Source of the DNA: Lama glama
Lineage: Eukaryota
DNA: 64,000 nt
Reading direction: 5' to 3'
Assembly (NCBI GenBank): GCA_028534125.1
Contig: CM052818.1
Span: forward strand, 41,232,001-41,296,000
The notes under the pieces were generated by a model that ran no database searches, was not told the DNA's origin, and worked only from the letters and a program-made list of their open reading frames with translations. Below are positions 37,230 to 50,899 of this stretch, piece by piece. Both the position numbers and the translations under genes were made by a program. Position 1 is the stretch's first letter, and every line of letters begins with the position of its first letter.

Positions 37230-38220
37230 TCCATATCCATTATAGAATTTGATTATTATAATAACCTTGTGTTGTATGGAGATATTTTAATTTTTAATGA
37301 TGTCTAATTTACCATTACTTAATTTTCCATTCAGAGCTTTCTGTGCTCTGTCTCCTAAATCTCTACTCACCCCACGTTGGGAATCATCTGCATTTTCTTC
37401 TAGAAGTGTTACAGTATTATCTTTACATTTAGATGTATAGTCATCTCAAATTAATTGTGCTCAGTGTTAGGGAGAAGTTGGGATTTTTTTCCCATCTACT
37501 TATCAAGTTGTTTAGCAGAAGTTATTAGAAAAAAACTTTCAATTTCCAATGGAATTTCCCTGGCACTTTTGTCTAAACTCATCTGATCATGTATGTATGT
37601 CTCTCTTTGTGGACTCTAGTCTGTTCTATGATCAGTTTCTCTGCCCTTTTATCCACATCACTTTGTCTTGTTACTGTAACCTTATAATACATTTTAAAAT
37701 CAGAGAGTGAGTCCTTTAAATTTGTCCTTCTTTTTAAATATTATTTTGTCTGGTGTCAATGCTTTGCATTTCCATAGAAATTATGGAATACTTTGTGTCA
37801 TAAAAGCATGTGAGATTTGGATTAGGATTTTGTTGAATCTATAGAACTTAACAATATTCAATCTTCTAATCCTTAAAAACAGTATATCCCTCAACTTACC
37901 TAGACCTCGTTCAGTTTCATTTAGCAATATTTAATAGTTTTCATTAAAGGTTTTGTATGTCTTTTCTTAAATTTATTCCAAAGAATTTATGTCTTTTGAT
38001 GCTATTGTAGACTTTTAAAAATTCATTCTCCAATTGATGCTTGAATATAGAAATACATTACTTCAAACTTTTTTCCTTTTATCCTTTGGCCATGCTAAGT
38101 TTACTTAAAAAGCTGAAATCTTTCTGTATTTTTCTTTAAATATTTTCTTTCTTAAGAATTTAGTATTTTTTATTCATTACATATTTGATAGAGTTTTATC
38201 AGTAAAACATCAGAGCCTTG
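37230..38220 (-). mobile_element. Old L1M ORF2 relic
   Basis: ttttcttctagaag...tttacatttaga and gattaggattttgttgaatctataga...aatattcaatcttctaatcc are typical antisense L1 ORF2 sequence. Confidence 0.85.
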
Positions 38221-38289
38221 ATCTAATATCTAATGATCTAATGGATGTAGGTACTCTAAGAGCAGATGATCTAATAGATGAAGAAATGT

Positions 38290-38700
38290 AGTTTTAAGTA
38301 TGCTATTTTAAACTGTGAAATAATAATTAAATTAAGTCTTAATAATAATTAGATTCAAATTAAATACATAAATAATAACATCAAATAAAGCAGGAAAAAT
38401 ATTAAGTAAACTAATATTTTCATCTTTTACATAGGGAACCAATATTTAAATAAAACATGTAGCTACAGAAATAGAGCTGTGGGTATATGCTTTAGAATTG
38501 TGAGATTTAGTATTATTGTATATTATTAAAAAATACCAAGAGTTACAAGGAAGTTTAAATAAGGAGTGGGACTAGGAATGTGAGGAATTTGGTGAAATAA
38601 TTAAAAAGTTCTTTAATCCTTCTATATGGATTTATATTTTTTTAACCATGTGAACATATTGATTATAGTATGTTAAAATATATAAAAACATTTTCAAAAA
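38290..38700 (+). mobile_element. Old L1 (L1MC/ME-like) 3' end fragment
   Basis: A-rich sequence ending tttaaccatgtgaacatatt...aaaa. Confidence 0.45.
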
Positions 38701-39834
38701 TTCATCTATACCATATTATTCCTGATCTCATTTTTACCATTTTTTTCATTTTAGTTATCATAAATTTTCTTAAAAATAATTTTGAACATCTGCAAGTTTA
38801 TCTCGGTGAAAACATAATCCATACCAGATGTTCCTGTCTGGCTCTGAGCCCAGAGATATTAATGGCATTATAATGGGGAAGGTCTTGAGCAAATGTATTT
38901 GTCAGTCTGACTGTGCTCTCAATCTTAAATTGTACTAAAATGGATGATAGGGTGGCATTAAGTAGAATGCTGTGGGGCCTCAGCAGTTTATCTGAACATC
39001 TGGCTGATTCTATTCTCCTCTGTTCTCTGCTTCAAAAGCCAAATTTGTCCTTATACCATTTTTTATAACCCAAGATAAGAATGACTTTGCAGAGAATTTT
39101 AAAACTTTCAATTTCCGTATGTATTTAAATGTGAACCATCCTTTGGGCTCTTATGCTCTCACACACTCACACACTTTTCTTATTCCTATATAATTGCATC
39201 TCCTTCTTAATATTTTTTCCCACCTTGGCACAATCAAGGAAAAGTAGCAATTAACTGCTGAAAATGTACTCAGATGCCATCAAAGAAGACCAAAGAGAAT
39301 CAAACAGTATCATTTTCAACATTCTTTTTTGGAGCTAGATTTGATGATAAATTCTCTTAATATGCTCTTTTAACATTTTGTTTGGTCAGTTTTTATAGTG
39401 ACTTATTAAGACAAGATGACTGTGGTCAGGTGGTTGTATGTTCCCTACAAGCTTCCTAATGCCTCTTAGAGATAGTTGACTGAGTTCCCATGAGGTCAGG
39501 ATCCAAGCCACAGTCTTTCATAGCAGGAAAGTTACTTTATTATTATTGTCTAAAGGTGATAGAGAGGAATAGAAGAATTTGACACTGACTTGTATACTTT
39601 TCTCCTTATCATTCTAATCTCTCCCAATAGGTTGCGAGCTTTTTAATAGCAAAAATGGATTTTGACTCTTCTGTGCATTTTTTAAAACTGTCATAGACAC
39701 ATTATAATTTCTGGAAACATTTAAGAAATAATTCGTTTGTTACAATTAAAGTCCTCATTGATTTCTCTAGATTGGTTTGATAAGTACATATACAAATGCA
39801 CATTGTTTTCATTGTCTTAAGAAAATAGTGGGCA

Positions 39835-42800
39835 TCTGGCTTCCACTTCGGATATGTAATGTTGGAAAGATTATTGCCCCCACCAAAACAATAAAGAGAA
39901 GTCAAGTCATGTAAAAATCAAAATTGCTGTCATTCAAAGAGGTGAGGTTGCAGAGCAAGCAACTTGCCTGAAATCTAGAGAAATTTAGGCATATCCAAGG
40001 AGAAGTACAACAAAATAAATGACTAGTCAATGCAAATTAGGGGAGGAAGACAGGTCCTCCATCGAGTGGGAAAGAAAAATTCAGTTAAAATCTTTAACAA
40101 CTGTTAAAGTCTGAGTGTGGGACAGTGTGAGGCTCCTGGGGCTTCAGACACAAAGGGTGTTTATAACCACTCATAGGTTCTTCTCCATGGATCTCTACTG
40201 AGAAATCACGGAAAATATTGATGGCAGGGAAGAAGACCATAGAAACACATCTTGTGGTGCAGGCCTAGGAGACATCAAGTCTTTTTGCTAATAGCCAAGC
40301 AGGACAAGTAGTATTCGTATGCTCAGGCATAAATGCTATTTACCTCAATCTCTACTGTCCTTTACATTATGTCTAGGTTTCCAACAAAATACATCCATCA
40401 CACAAAAAAATCAGGAAACAAACAAACCAACCCACTATCAAGAGGCTTAATAGTCAACAGAACCAGACTCAGATAAGAACCAGATATTTGAACTATGAGA
40501 CAAAGAATTAAAAATTACTATAATTAATATGCGAAGGAATCTTGTGGAAAAAGTGGAAAACATGAATGAATATATGGAGAATTTCAGCAGAGAGATGAAA
40601 ACTATTTAAAAAGATCAAATTGGAAGTTAGAATTAAAATACAGTAACAGAAATGAAGCATGCCAATGACTAATTCATTAGACTCAACAAACTTAAGGGAT
40701 ATAAACATCAGTGAATAGGTCAATAGAAATTATCCAAACTTAAACACAGTGAGAAATGTAGTGGAAAAATAAACACAGAACAAAGTATCTAAGCACTGTG
40801 GGATGACATCAAAAGAGCTAACATATGTGTCATTTGAATCCCAGGAGAAAAGAGAGATAATGAAGCATAAGAATTATTTAAAGAAGTAATGACTGATAAT
40901 TTTCCAAAACACAAAAGACACCCCCCCACAGATCTAGAGAGCTCAGACAACACCCTGTGATAAAATCAAGACACTTCCCCCCGCCCCCCACCCCACATAC
41001 ATCATATTCAAACTGCTGAAAACCAAAGATAGAGGCAATATTTAGGGCACCTTAGCAGAAAAGGCACAGTATATACGAAAGAACAAATGTAGAACTATAA
41101 AGGATCTCTCATCAGAAACTATGCAAGCCAGAAGACAGTGAATATCTTCAAAGACGAAAGATAGCTTCTGAGACAAGAAATAAGCCAACACACAATTTTA
41201 CATCCACTGAAAGTATCTTTCAGCAATGAAGAAGAAATAAAGAATTTCAAAATAGATTTAATTCTTGACTGACAGACCCACACAAGAAAAAATATTAACT
41301 GAATTTTTTTAGGCAGAATGTGATAATACACAGAAACCTGGATGTACAGAAAGAAACAAAGGTCTCCAGAAATTATTAAAATAAAATGAAATATAAATAC
41401 ATTGTCCTTATTTGTATTTGCTTTAGAAGATAATTTTCTCCAAAGCAACAATAATAGGAAAGTAGTTGGGGTCTACAACATATTCAAAAGTAGAATATGT
41501 GATACAAATAGCACAGAAGCCAAGAGGGAATCACTGGGTTTTAAGTTCTTCTAATTATGTGAAGTAGTACAATAGTATCTGAAATTTCTGTAATTGCTTG
41601 ATGACATGTGTCATAAGCTCAAAGGCAACAACTAAAAAATTTTGAATGTATGAAAAATAAAACAATAATGGAGATTAAATAGAAAAATAAAAAATTACAG
41701 TTATTCCATAGACATGATTGTCTATGTAAAAACAAATTCTAAAGATTCTAGTCCTCAAAGATCTACTGCAACTAATAAAAGAATATTTGCAGGATATGAA
41801 GGTATGTATATATATTAATCAATGATATTTCTATAATTAGTAATTAAAGATCAGAGATTGAATTTTTAAAATACCATTTACTAGAGCATCAATAAACATG
41901 AAATACTTGGATATAAAGTTAACAAACTATGTGCAGGAGCTGTATGCTGATAACTAAAAAAGATATTAAAAATACTTAATAAATGGTGAGCTATATGATA
42001 TTCATAGATGGGAAAGCACACTATCTTTAACATGTCAATTCTCCCCAAATTTATCTATAAATTGAAGCTGACCCCAATCCCAGGAAGATCTTTTGTTGTT
42101 AGAATCAGGTTGAACTTGACAACCTGACTTAAATTTCATCTAGTAGAGGAAATATATTTTGTCTTATGCATATAATATAATAAAAAATATAAACAATCAA
42201 AATATTTTGAAGGGGAATAAATTTGGAGGCCTAACTCTATCTGATTTTAACACTTGTTATAAAGCTGCAGTAATCTAAATAGTGGTAAACTGATAGACAT
42301 GTAGCTCAATGAAGCCGAATGCAGAGTCCAGATATAAATCCATACATATGAAAAAATTGATATTTGACAAGGCTGCAAAGGCAACTCAATAGAGAAAAGT
42401 GCTGTTTTCAACAAATGGTACTAAAAATTATATATCCATATGCAAAAATGAAAAAACTTTGACCCATTCCTATATATCATATGCAAAAATCAATCCAAAA
42501 TAGATCAAAAATTCAAATGTAAAACCTAAAACTATAAACTTCTATTTCTAGAATAAAACATAAGAGAAGATCTTTTGTTTTGTTTGTGTTAGGACTGTCT
42601 TTTGTGAAAATTTGTAGAACTATATACTAAAAAAGGTGATTTGCAGATACTAACTAATATATATAAAATAGATAAACAACAAATTCATACTGTATAGGGA
42701 ACTATATTCAATACCTTTTAGTAACTTATGGTGAAAAAGAATATACAAATGAATATATGCATGTTCATGTATGACTGAAGCATCACGCTATACACCAGAA

Positions 42801-42945
42801 ATTGACACAACATTGTAAACTGACTATACTTCAATAAAATACATATATATACAAAACAAAAAAATTAAAAAGGTACATTTTAATGTATTCACATAATGAG
42901 TCTGTTTTTAACCAAGAACTTACTGTATATAAAATTTACCTTAAA
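39835..42945 (+). mobile_element. Old L1M element: 5' UTR, ORF1 relic, partial ORF2 and 3' end, with internal deletions
   Basis: 5' cttccacttc motif; ORF1 relic at about 40480-41350 (tctcatcagaaactatgcaagccagaagacagtg); reverse transcriptase motif relic gacatgattgtctatg (DMIVY) at about 41710; 3' end tactgtatataaaatttacc. Confidence 0.85.
42638..42865 (+). mobile_element. Young 5'-truncated camelid/artiodactyl-type L1 3' end nested in the old L1
   Basis: gatttgcagatactaacta...aaaatagataaacaaca...acaccagaaattgacacaacattgtaaactgactatacttcaataaaa plus an A-rich tail. TSD taaaaa(a)ggt at 42628-42637 and 42866-42874. Confidence 0.9.
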
Positions 42946-44349
42946 AAAATAGAAGCAAAAAGACTTCACTTCATCAATGACCTATTAAATAAAAAGAATA
43001 AGCTTTTAAAATCATAAACTGAGGAAAGTGCATCAGACATTGAAGATTTTGTGTATGATTACATGAGACGTTTAGAAATTTAAAATTTCCACTAAATAAA
43101 TGATGTTTCACTGTACCAGGAAGAAAGAAGGAGGAAAGAGCACAGACAGGATGATTGTAGAATTTGTGGTAAAAGATGATGGCATTCATACTACCTAAAA
43201 TTTCACAACCTAGATTGCTTCTTTAACTGTAAGAGCTCACCTTTAAGGCCATCTTAACTGTGCAAGGAAGGAGAGTAATTATGAAGTTTAAATCACAAAC
43301 AAAGAAAGGGAGGTCAGATATGACAAAAGACCCACTGAAGATCATAAGCTACTAAGTGATGAGTCAAGCTTTGAACCCAATTTACATCTCTTCCCATGAC
43401 AACAATAAAGACAGTCAAATTTAATATCTCTAGATATGTCAAACATTAATTCTTAGCCCCAGGACCAAGCAAAACTATTGCTAGCTTCATTCCCATTTCT
43501 CTGCTCTATGTTCTTTCTCTGCCTACTCCTTAGTGGAATATAGAAATGGTGGACTAAGTTTGCTTTAGGTATAGCTGGAATTAGACACAGAGCTAGGCAC
43601 ACAAGAGGTGTGGAAGATGGATGTTTTGTATTTAAATGACAGTTGGACCCCTAGATGGCAGGAATATAGCCTCAGCTAAATTGACTGGATAGGTTTTGGC
43701 TTATGCAAAGGAAACCATAATCATGTGAAGAAAGGAGAAAGACCATGGTTGATGTGGAAGCTGTTAAGCTGAGTCATGGATACGAGGACTATAAAGTATC
43801 CAATTGGCTTTTGAATGAATGGAGCTTGGTCTCAAGAGAGTCTCCTGGGTTAGAGATATAACTTGGGGAGCCATCACTATATGGGTAGCATTTGTTGAAA
43901 ATTAGAAAGTGGTATAATTACTTGCTTTTGAAAAAAAGTTTAAAAATTTCAGTGAGACTTCTGAGCTCTCTTCATCCTCACCTGTTGGAATAAAGGTTTT
44001 TATTGTGCCAGGAGATCCTGTGGCATGGTAAGTTTCTAAAGGAATTTTCTCTTTGCCAGGCATGGTTAGTTATAGAGAATTTCAGGATTTATATTTGTCA
44101 TATCAAAATGGCATTTCTTTCAAGCACGTAAATGGTCTTTACTGACAGGAAGCCCTGCAAATGTTCTCCTTTTACAATTTACTGAAATTGCTGGTTATTT
44201 TTAGAGAGAGTCAGGCATTAGTGAACCCAGAGCTGAAAACAAGTTTTTGATAGACTGACAGTTTAAAATTCAACATAAATTGCACCATTTCCAATACCAA
44301 TAATTCCAGAAGACTTTTTACATTGTGTGTTATAATTCTCAATACTATT

Positions 44350-44520
44350 TAAAAGTATGTTCTCAAAAATCTTGAGTGTTACCAGGGAAAACATCGTCCC
44401 AGTTTTACAGGTGAATAAACTGAGGCACCAAAGGGTGAAGTGACTTGCTCCAGGCCCCAGAGAAACTAAGAGTCCAGCTCACTTGACTCTTATCAGCAGT
44501 TTTCTTTACATCATTTTCAG
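44350..44520 (-). mobile_element. MIR SINE
   Basis: cccagttttacaggtgaataaactgaggcaccaaagggtgaagtgacttgctccagg. Confidence 0.85.
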
Positions 44521-45299
44521 TCCCCTTAACAATGATGATAACACTATTATGTATTCAGTGAGTAAATCAAGACATGACTGTAGTTTAATTTTAATAATTT
44601 ATGATCCTTCATAAAGTTGCAAGCCTGTGTTCTAGAGGATATTAGATAAACTCTGAAAGTTTAGATGATAAGCATTTCTTTAGAGTTCTGAGCTAATAGG
44701 CTGACAGGAAATCGGGGTGCAGTGGAGGTACATTAGAAGGAGAGAATTAGTCATCTCTTATTGAAAATATAGTCTGGAACTCAGGAAGTAATAGCAGTGA
44801 ATTTTGATTTTCTAGTAGCTTTTCAATGATGTTGCAAATTCCCAATTGACTAAAATTAATGCATATACTTTCTTGAACTTCCAGTTGAGAAATTGACAGT
44901 CAAAAAAGCTATCAGTCATGACTGTAGCTACTGACTCCAATGTTGTTTTAATAAAACAATGAGAGAGTATTTTCAAATCTAAACTATATTGTTGGTCCCT
45001 TGAAGCCATTAAAATGAGCTCTATTCTCATCGGAAAAGCACCTGCACTGAAAACAACCACAAATTTCTCTCCTAAAGGTATAGAAAATAATGACCAAAAA
45101 GTCCCCAAAAGGGCAACTGAGAGAGCCAAGACAAATTTTGGTGGTCTGCTTTGTGTCCAAGGATTGGATGCCTCAGTCTCTTCTCTTGTACCTTGGATGC
45201 TGCCAGGACCTGGGATAAAGTTATCAAGCAGGATGTATATCTCTAGGCTTAGAGCTGGTCAGGGGTAGAGAACAAGTGAATGGAATTAACGTGTGTGGA

Positions 45300-45520
45300 T
45301 TGTATCTATTATTGTGCATCTATTATTGCCTACATGCTTGACATATTCTACTTTGCTTCATCTTCACAACAGCCTTGTGACATTGGTACAATAACCCCTA
45401 CATTACAGATGAGAAACCTGAAGCTAAGATGATTTAAATAATATACTCAGGATTATATAGTTACTAAATGGTGGATTGGAGTTCAATCTCAGGTATTATG
45501 TCTGCAAAGCCCGCTTTTGT
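45300..45520 (-). mobile_element. MIR SINE
   Basis: tcttcacaacagccttgtga...ttacagatgagaaacctgaagct. Confidence 0.8.
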
Positions 45521-45949
45521 TTCCCTGCCTTCTCCTGGGAATATTATTTTCCAAACTTGCTTCTTGGTATATGTGTCTCTCCTTTGCCCATTGACCTCTT
45601 CCAGACTTTTCTCCCAAGAAACAGAGCTCTTCCTGTGGGTAATGAAAGCAGTACTTCTCACTGGCTCTGGTTTTTCTTTTCAAAGTTACTTCTCAGAAAT
45701 TTCTTTTCACCCCTCAAGAGTGCTTCACATACACCTTCTATCTTTCCTCCGAGTCTTATAGTAGATTTGGCTTTGTGAGCCATTGGAAAATTCCACACAA
45801 ACGCTTCCTGAACAATGGATCAGGGAGTCAGCATTTTACTACATCAGGAGGCTTCTTATTTAGATTGTGTCTCAGGTGTCCATCCAACATGATATACCCT
45901 TCGATCTATAACTTGTACTCCACTTACTCTTTCCTCAGCGCGTAGCTCT

Positions 45950-46620
45950 ATGAACTGTGTATGCCCCTTTATTGAACACGTGGCTGTCTCCAGTGGAGAC
46001 TTTCTACCTTTGGGGATTTTCTTGAGTGGATCAGCACTCACCTCACCCGTGTCCTTGCAGGTTTCTTGCTGTCCTATTCCATGGTTATGCTTTAAACACT
46101 TATCTCTCCCCAGATGAATATCCTTCAGTTCACCATTGACTTCAAGATAATATCTAAACACCCAGCATTCCATTCAATGTTGTTTGCAAACTGAACTTAT
46201 CTTTTTCCAAACTGAATCTTTTAACTCTTTTCCTCTCTTTTACCCCTTGCTTTTTAGCTCTTCGACTTCAAGTATATCAAACTACTCACCTCATGCTTTT
46301 TTTCCCCCTCACTTTATGGCCTCAGTAACATTGTTCTCCATCTTTAGGATGCTCCTGTATCATTCTCCACTTATAAAACTCTCACTTATCTTTAAAGAAC
46401 CCACTGAAACGTCATTTTCTATCTGAAGTATTTTCAAACTTCTCAATACAGAGTTAGTGACATTTTCCCTTGGAGTTTCACAGCACTTACTGTGCACCTC
46501 TGCTGTTGACATCAACACATTTCCTTACACTTAATTGTATTTTTCTCTGGATGGTGAACTTTCAGAGGGCAGGCATTCTAACTGCCTATGACACAGATCA
46601 TCACTCCTTTCTTACTAGCT
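45950..46620 (+). mobile_element. L2 3' region
   Basis: aaactgaacttatc...tggtgaactttcagagggcaggca. Confidence 0.6.
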
Positions 46621-46689
46621 AAATGTACAGCTTTAGACCTGGCTTGGCAGACTTTAATCTTTTTTTTTGCGTAGATGTTTATCTAAGCA

Positions 46690-46930
46690 TTTTTAATAAT
46701 ATTTAGAAAGTGTTAAAATGTATTGGGCACTCACTATATGACAAACACTTCTTTAGGCTTTTTACATGCACTTTCTTATCTAATTTTAAATAACCCTACA
46801 AAGTAGAAAGGGTTATTATCCTTATTGTAGGATGAGATATTTGCAGCTCAGAGAATAAGTACCACAAAAGCCACAGAGACAGTAACTGGGAAGGTGACAT
46901 ACTGTTTCTTGGGACCCAGATTAAGTGACC
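46690..46930 (-). mobile_element. MIR SINE
   Basis: tattgggcactcactatatgacaaacact...taaccctac...gctcagagaa. Confidence 0.75.
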
Positions 46931-48899
46931 CTGAGTAAGAAATGTATATGTAAACCAGCTGCCTGAATGGTTCACACGGGAGCTTCCCCATGTTCTAAGT
47001 ACTAACAATTTGGAAAGCAAAAGATCAAGTATGATAATATGAATTTTGATGGAATCAGTTGAACTCTTCCCTTCCAGGCAGTGACTTCCCACTTTTGTAG
47101 TCTGCCTGTGCAAGTGGTAGATTCACAGATATCAGTTGCTAGGTCTTCTCTATTACTTCTCTTTGAAGTGGACCTGAATAAACAGAAAAACTTTCTTCCA
47201 GGAGGTTGGTTTTCCTCTTCTGAGATGGATCCTGTGTGTTTTGTTTACCACTGCTACCCAACATTTCCAATTCCCCTTTTTTGGTTGTTTCTCCCTGGTT
47301 TATAATACCATCCAATTTAGAAAAGCAAATTTAATTAGTGTGATTTATTTTCCTTTGGATTAATGAAAATGAGAAGACTAAAGGCAGTGCTGAGCCCTCA
47401 GGAAGCTCATCCTAACTTAAAGTATTGATCAAATCAATCTTTGTGCTATTTTATTGTTTATAAGAAATTCTGTTAAGAGACAAACAGTATTCTGATTTTT
47501 TTTTTTGGATCATTGTAGAGACAATATATTGGTTTGTAGGGTAAAGAGGTCAGTCTCCCAGAGTCCAGGGTCAGGTATGGATAAAGTTGAGCCCCACTAG
47601 CAGTAAAAAGCATAATCTAGAATTAGATCAAGTTACCAGATCAGAGTCTGAATTTATAGTTCAGATAAAGCAATGAAACAGTGAGGAGATGGAGTATATG
47701 GATGACAGTCTGGAAATATAGTCTTATTCTGTATGTAGGAGACTTGATTCTGGCCAATTTATCCAGTCTTCCTTCTCCTGAATTAATATGTGCTGGGGGA
47801 GCAGGACTAGCCAATGACCGTCAATCTCTCACTTGAGCATGCTCGCAGTTACAAGCATCTAGAATGCTAGTGCTGCTGCTCGGTATGATGTCAATCCATG
47901 AAACTTGGCAACCAACTACAACTCATCAGTCTACAAAAAAACCTATGGCTTTGTGCATTGGGATAGCATAAGACTTTGACAATGATGGCAGGACAAAGAA
48001 GGGAATATGAAGTCATCCGTTAAAAAAGGTCAAATTTCCCTCAAGCCTCCAGAAATATCCAGTATGCCAATATCAGAGTATGTAATTGACATTCTGATGG
48101 GTTTAGATTTTCCATTATAGTCAACAGTGTAAACTCAATTTGCAAAATCCTTATGTAATAACTCTGAAGCTCAGAAACATGCATGTGCATATGCCTTAAC
48201 ATGCTGTAAGAGTACAAGATAGACCTGCAAAACCAATGATAGAATGTAATTTGGATTTAAGGCCATCCTTTCTGTAGACTATAACATAATCATTCAGAAG
48301 GCAAAGGACATGTTTAAATAACCCAAACTCATCTAAACTTTTAAACATTGAACTCTTCATTCAAATATGCCCTCTCATGACAGTTTAGAGAAAAAGCAAT
48401 GAATTTAATCCAAGAAGAGTAGGTTGAAGCTTAGATCTTCCCTTTCACGTTCATGTGATATTTTACAATTAATTGCATGTGCCTTGATAGTCCACATTTG
48501 GAAAATTTTACTTAAAATATGTACCTTTAAACAACTACAGTTGTTCATATAAATGAATGAGAATTTTTTTTAGTCTCCTGGTACTAGTGAGGCCGATGTG
48601 GATGCTTTATCACTTACTTCAGGTTGTATCAATGTTTTGACCTTCTAAGGCAATGTCCTGCTCCGCTGAAGGTGGCACGGGGGAGGGTTTGGGCAAGTTG
48701 ACATGAGAAATGTGACTGGTTCATTGTTGTCAGTCTCTACTACTTAGAGACAAAAATCTGCAACTATTTATCTCCATGATTCAAGTCACAGAAAAGGCAA
48801 ATGTATAAACTTCTCATGGCAAGAATGATTCTATTTTTGTCATTATCCAAAATATATTAAATACAAGACTCTTAAATTGGAAATGGAGAACTGAAAATT

Positions 48900-50160
48900 C
48901 AACCACTACTTGTTTAAATTCTCATTTCTGAAGGTATTTTTAGAGAACTAGAAAACAGAAGACACATCCTATAAATTTCTCTTGTTTTTTGAATTCTAAA
49001 AAGAAAAGACATCAGGAAGCATGTGTTTCTCATTTTATGGAATACTGAACTTTGGAAAATAATAGCAAATATATAAGTGAAAATCTATAAAATATTTAAT
49101 TATCCATTCTTCAAGAATATATTGGGAAAAATTACTAAAGCTACACTAAAAAGTTTTTCTAGGTGACTCATTTTAATTCATTAAGTTACTTATGAAGTCA
49201 CATACATATGGATCTTATGAAAATTATTCAATAAATTATGTTAAAGCAATTGAATTTAGGGGAAACTTCAAAATTTCTCAAACATTATAATTCATTAAAA
49301 ATAAATTTTAAATGTGTAAAATGTTTAAGAAAAGTGAAATTATAAGCTTTAAAATATATATAGTATATACGGTTAATTAATCTTGCAAAGAACATGAACT
49401 TTATAAGAATATAAACAATAAGGAAAATCATGAAGGCAAAGGCTGATATATTTGATAAACATTAAAATTTAAAACTTTAATATTTGTATCATGTATAAGA
49501 TATGACTTGATACCGTTTCTTTGTGAAACATTCTTATAAACCAATGAGAAAAGCACTAAAATTAAAAATAAGTATGTAAAGAAAAATTTTTAAGAGGAGA
49601 AATAAAATATAAGTTGATAAAGAACACTAAAACAAAATTATTAGTCCTTACAATGGCAAATTTTAATAAAGTGATACAATTTTAAATTATTAAAAGAAGA
49701 AAGAAAGAAGAGGTCAATGATTTAAAAAGTATAATGAGGTAAATAATGAATTTAATTGTTGCTGTAAATGCTATAAACTTTTAATTAAAGTATATAGTAA
49801 TATGGATTGAGTCTTAAAATATCCATATTGTTTTGCCTATAATCTTCAACTCGAGTGATATATTCCACAATATTAATCAGAGATCCATTAAAAAAATGAA
49901 CCTACATAGAAATTAAAAAGAATATGCTACACAATACAAAAGTTGTTCAATCAGAATACAATAATATAATGGACTATTTTACAGCCATTACAAATGGATT
50001 TTCAAATAACATTTACTATGAAAGGAATATTTTAATAATTTTTAAAAACTTAAAAGAAGAGGAAATATGTACAAAGTAAAGTAGTAGTGAAGTAGAATGT
50101 AAAATAAGTAGAAATAAATTAGATTATAGCATAGGAATAATATTTTTATTATTCCTTTAT
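48900..50160 (+). mobile_element. Highly degraded L1ME-like ORF2/3' relic (very AT-rich)
   Basis: A-rich L1 motifs: attaaaatttaaaacttt, cttataaaccaatgagaaaa, atggactattttacagccatta. Confidence 0.6.
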
Positions 50161-50899
50161 TATGGGGGAGAGATTAGAGAGACTGAATTAAAATACAGCA
50201 GAGCTTCAAAAGGAGTTATGAAGTAACTGAGGGGTTTAATGAGCTAGATTCAGCTGTAAAGCTATATAACTTTGACATGAGAAGGTGTGTATAGAAACAA
50301 CCTCTGGCAAGCCTTGAGGTCTGTCTCTTAGCAAGGTTTAGTTAAACATGGTGATAACTTTGAAATCAGTGGATTTTTTGTTTGTTTTGTTTTTTTGTAT
50401 CTCAAACACTCAAGTTTTCTATCCTTAAATTGCAAGGCTGTAAAAAGGACAATTGTAGTGAAGACAATAGCACAGAAAATTTTAGAGTCAGGCCACGGAT
50501 CTAATGTCAAAATATGGACAAGTTGCCGAGGAAGAAGACAAACCATGTTCAGGAACTGAACCCAGGCCATGTCCTGCTCAAATGGAAGCTCCAAGTCTGA
50601 GTAGGAAATGTGCGGAAAGTTAGTCTGGAGTCAAATCTGAGATCTAAACCTGTAGGACTGAAGTATGGGATCAGATATAAGGTCTAAAATAACTAGTAAT
50701 ATGAGAGTCCTGTGGGTAACGATCTATTATTATAATACTCTTTTTTTTTAGTATCAGTATCTGAACCTGATGCACAGTAGAAATGCAGATAATTGGAAAT
50801 AACTGCTGAACTGAGCAATTAGAACATGAACAGATTTGTTTGTGTTGTCATTTAAATTCTCAGCCTAATGCTTTGTTAAATGTTTTTATTAGGGCTTCT

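Noticed and set aside
3643..40037. Scattered perfect octamers ATGCAAAT (3643, 4166, 16990, 40030)
   Set aside because: A few copies are expected by chance in AT-rich 64 kb, and they are not clustered.
40508..41451. Hydrophobic minus-strand ORFs
   Set aside because: Antisense readings of an A-rich L1 ORF1 relic.
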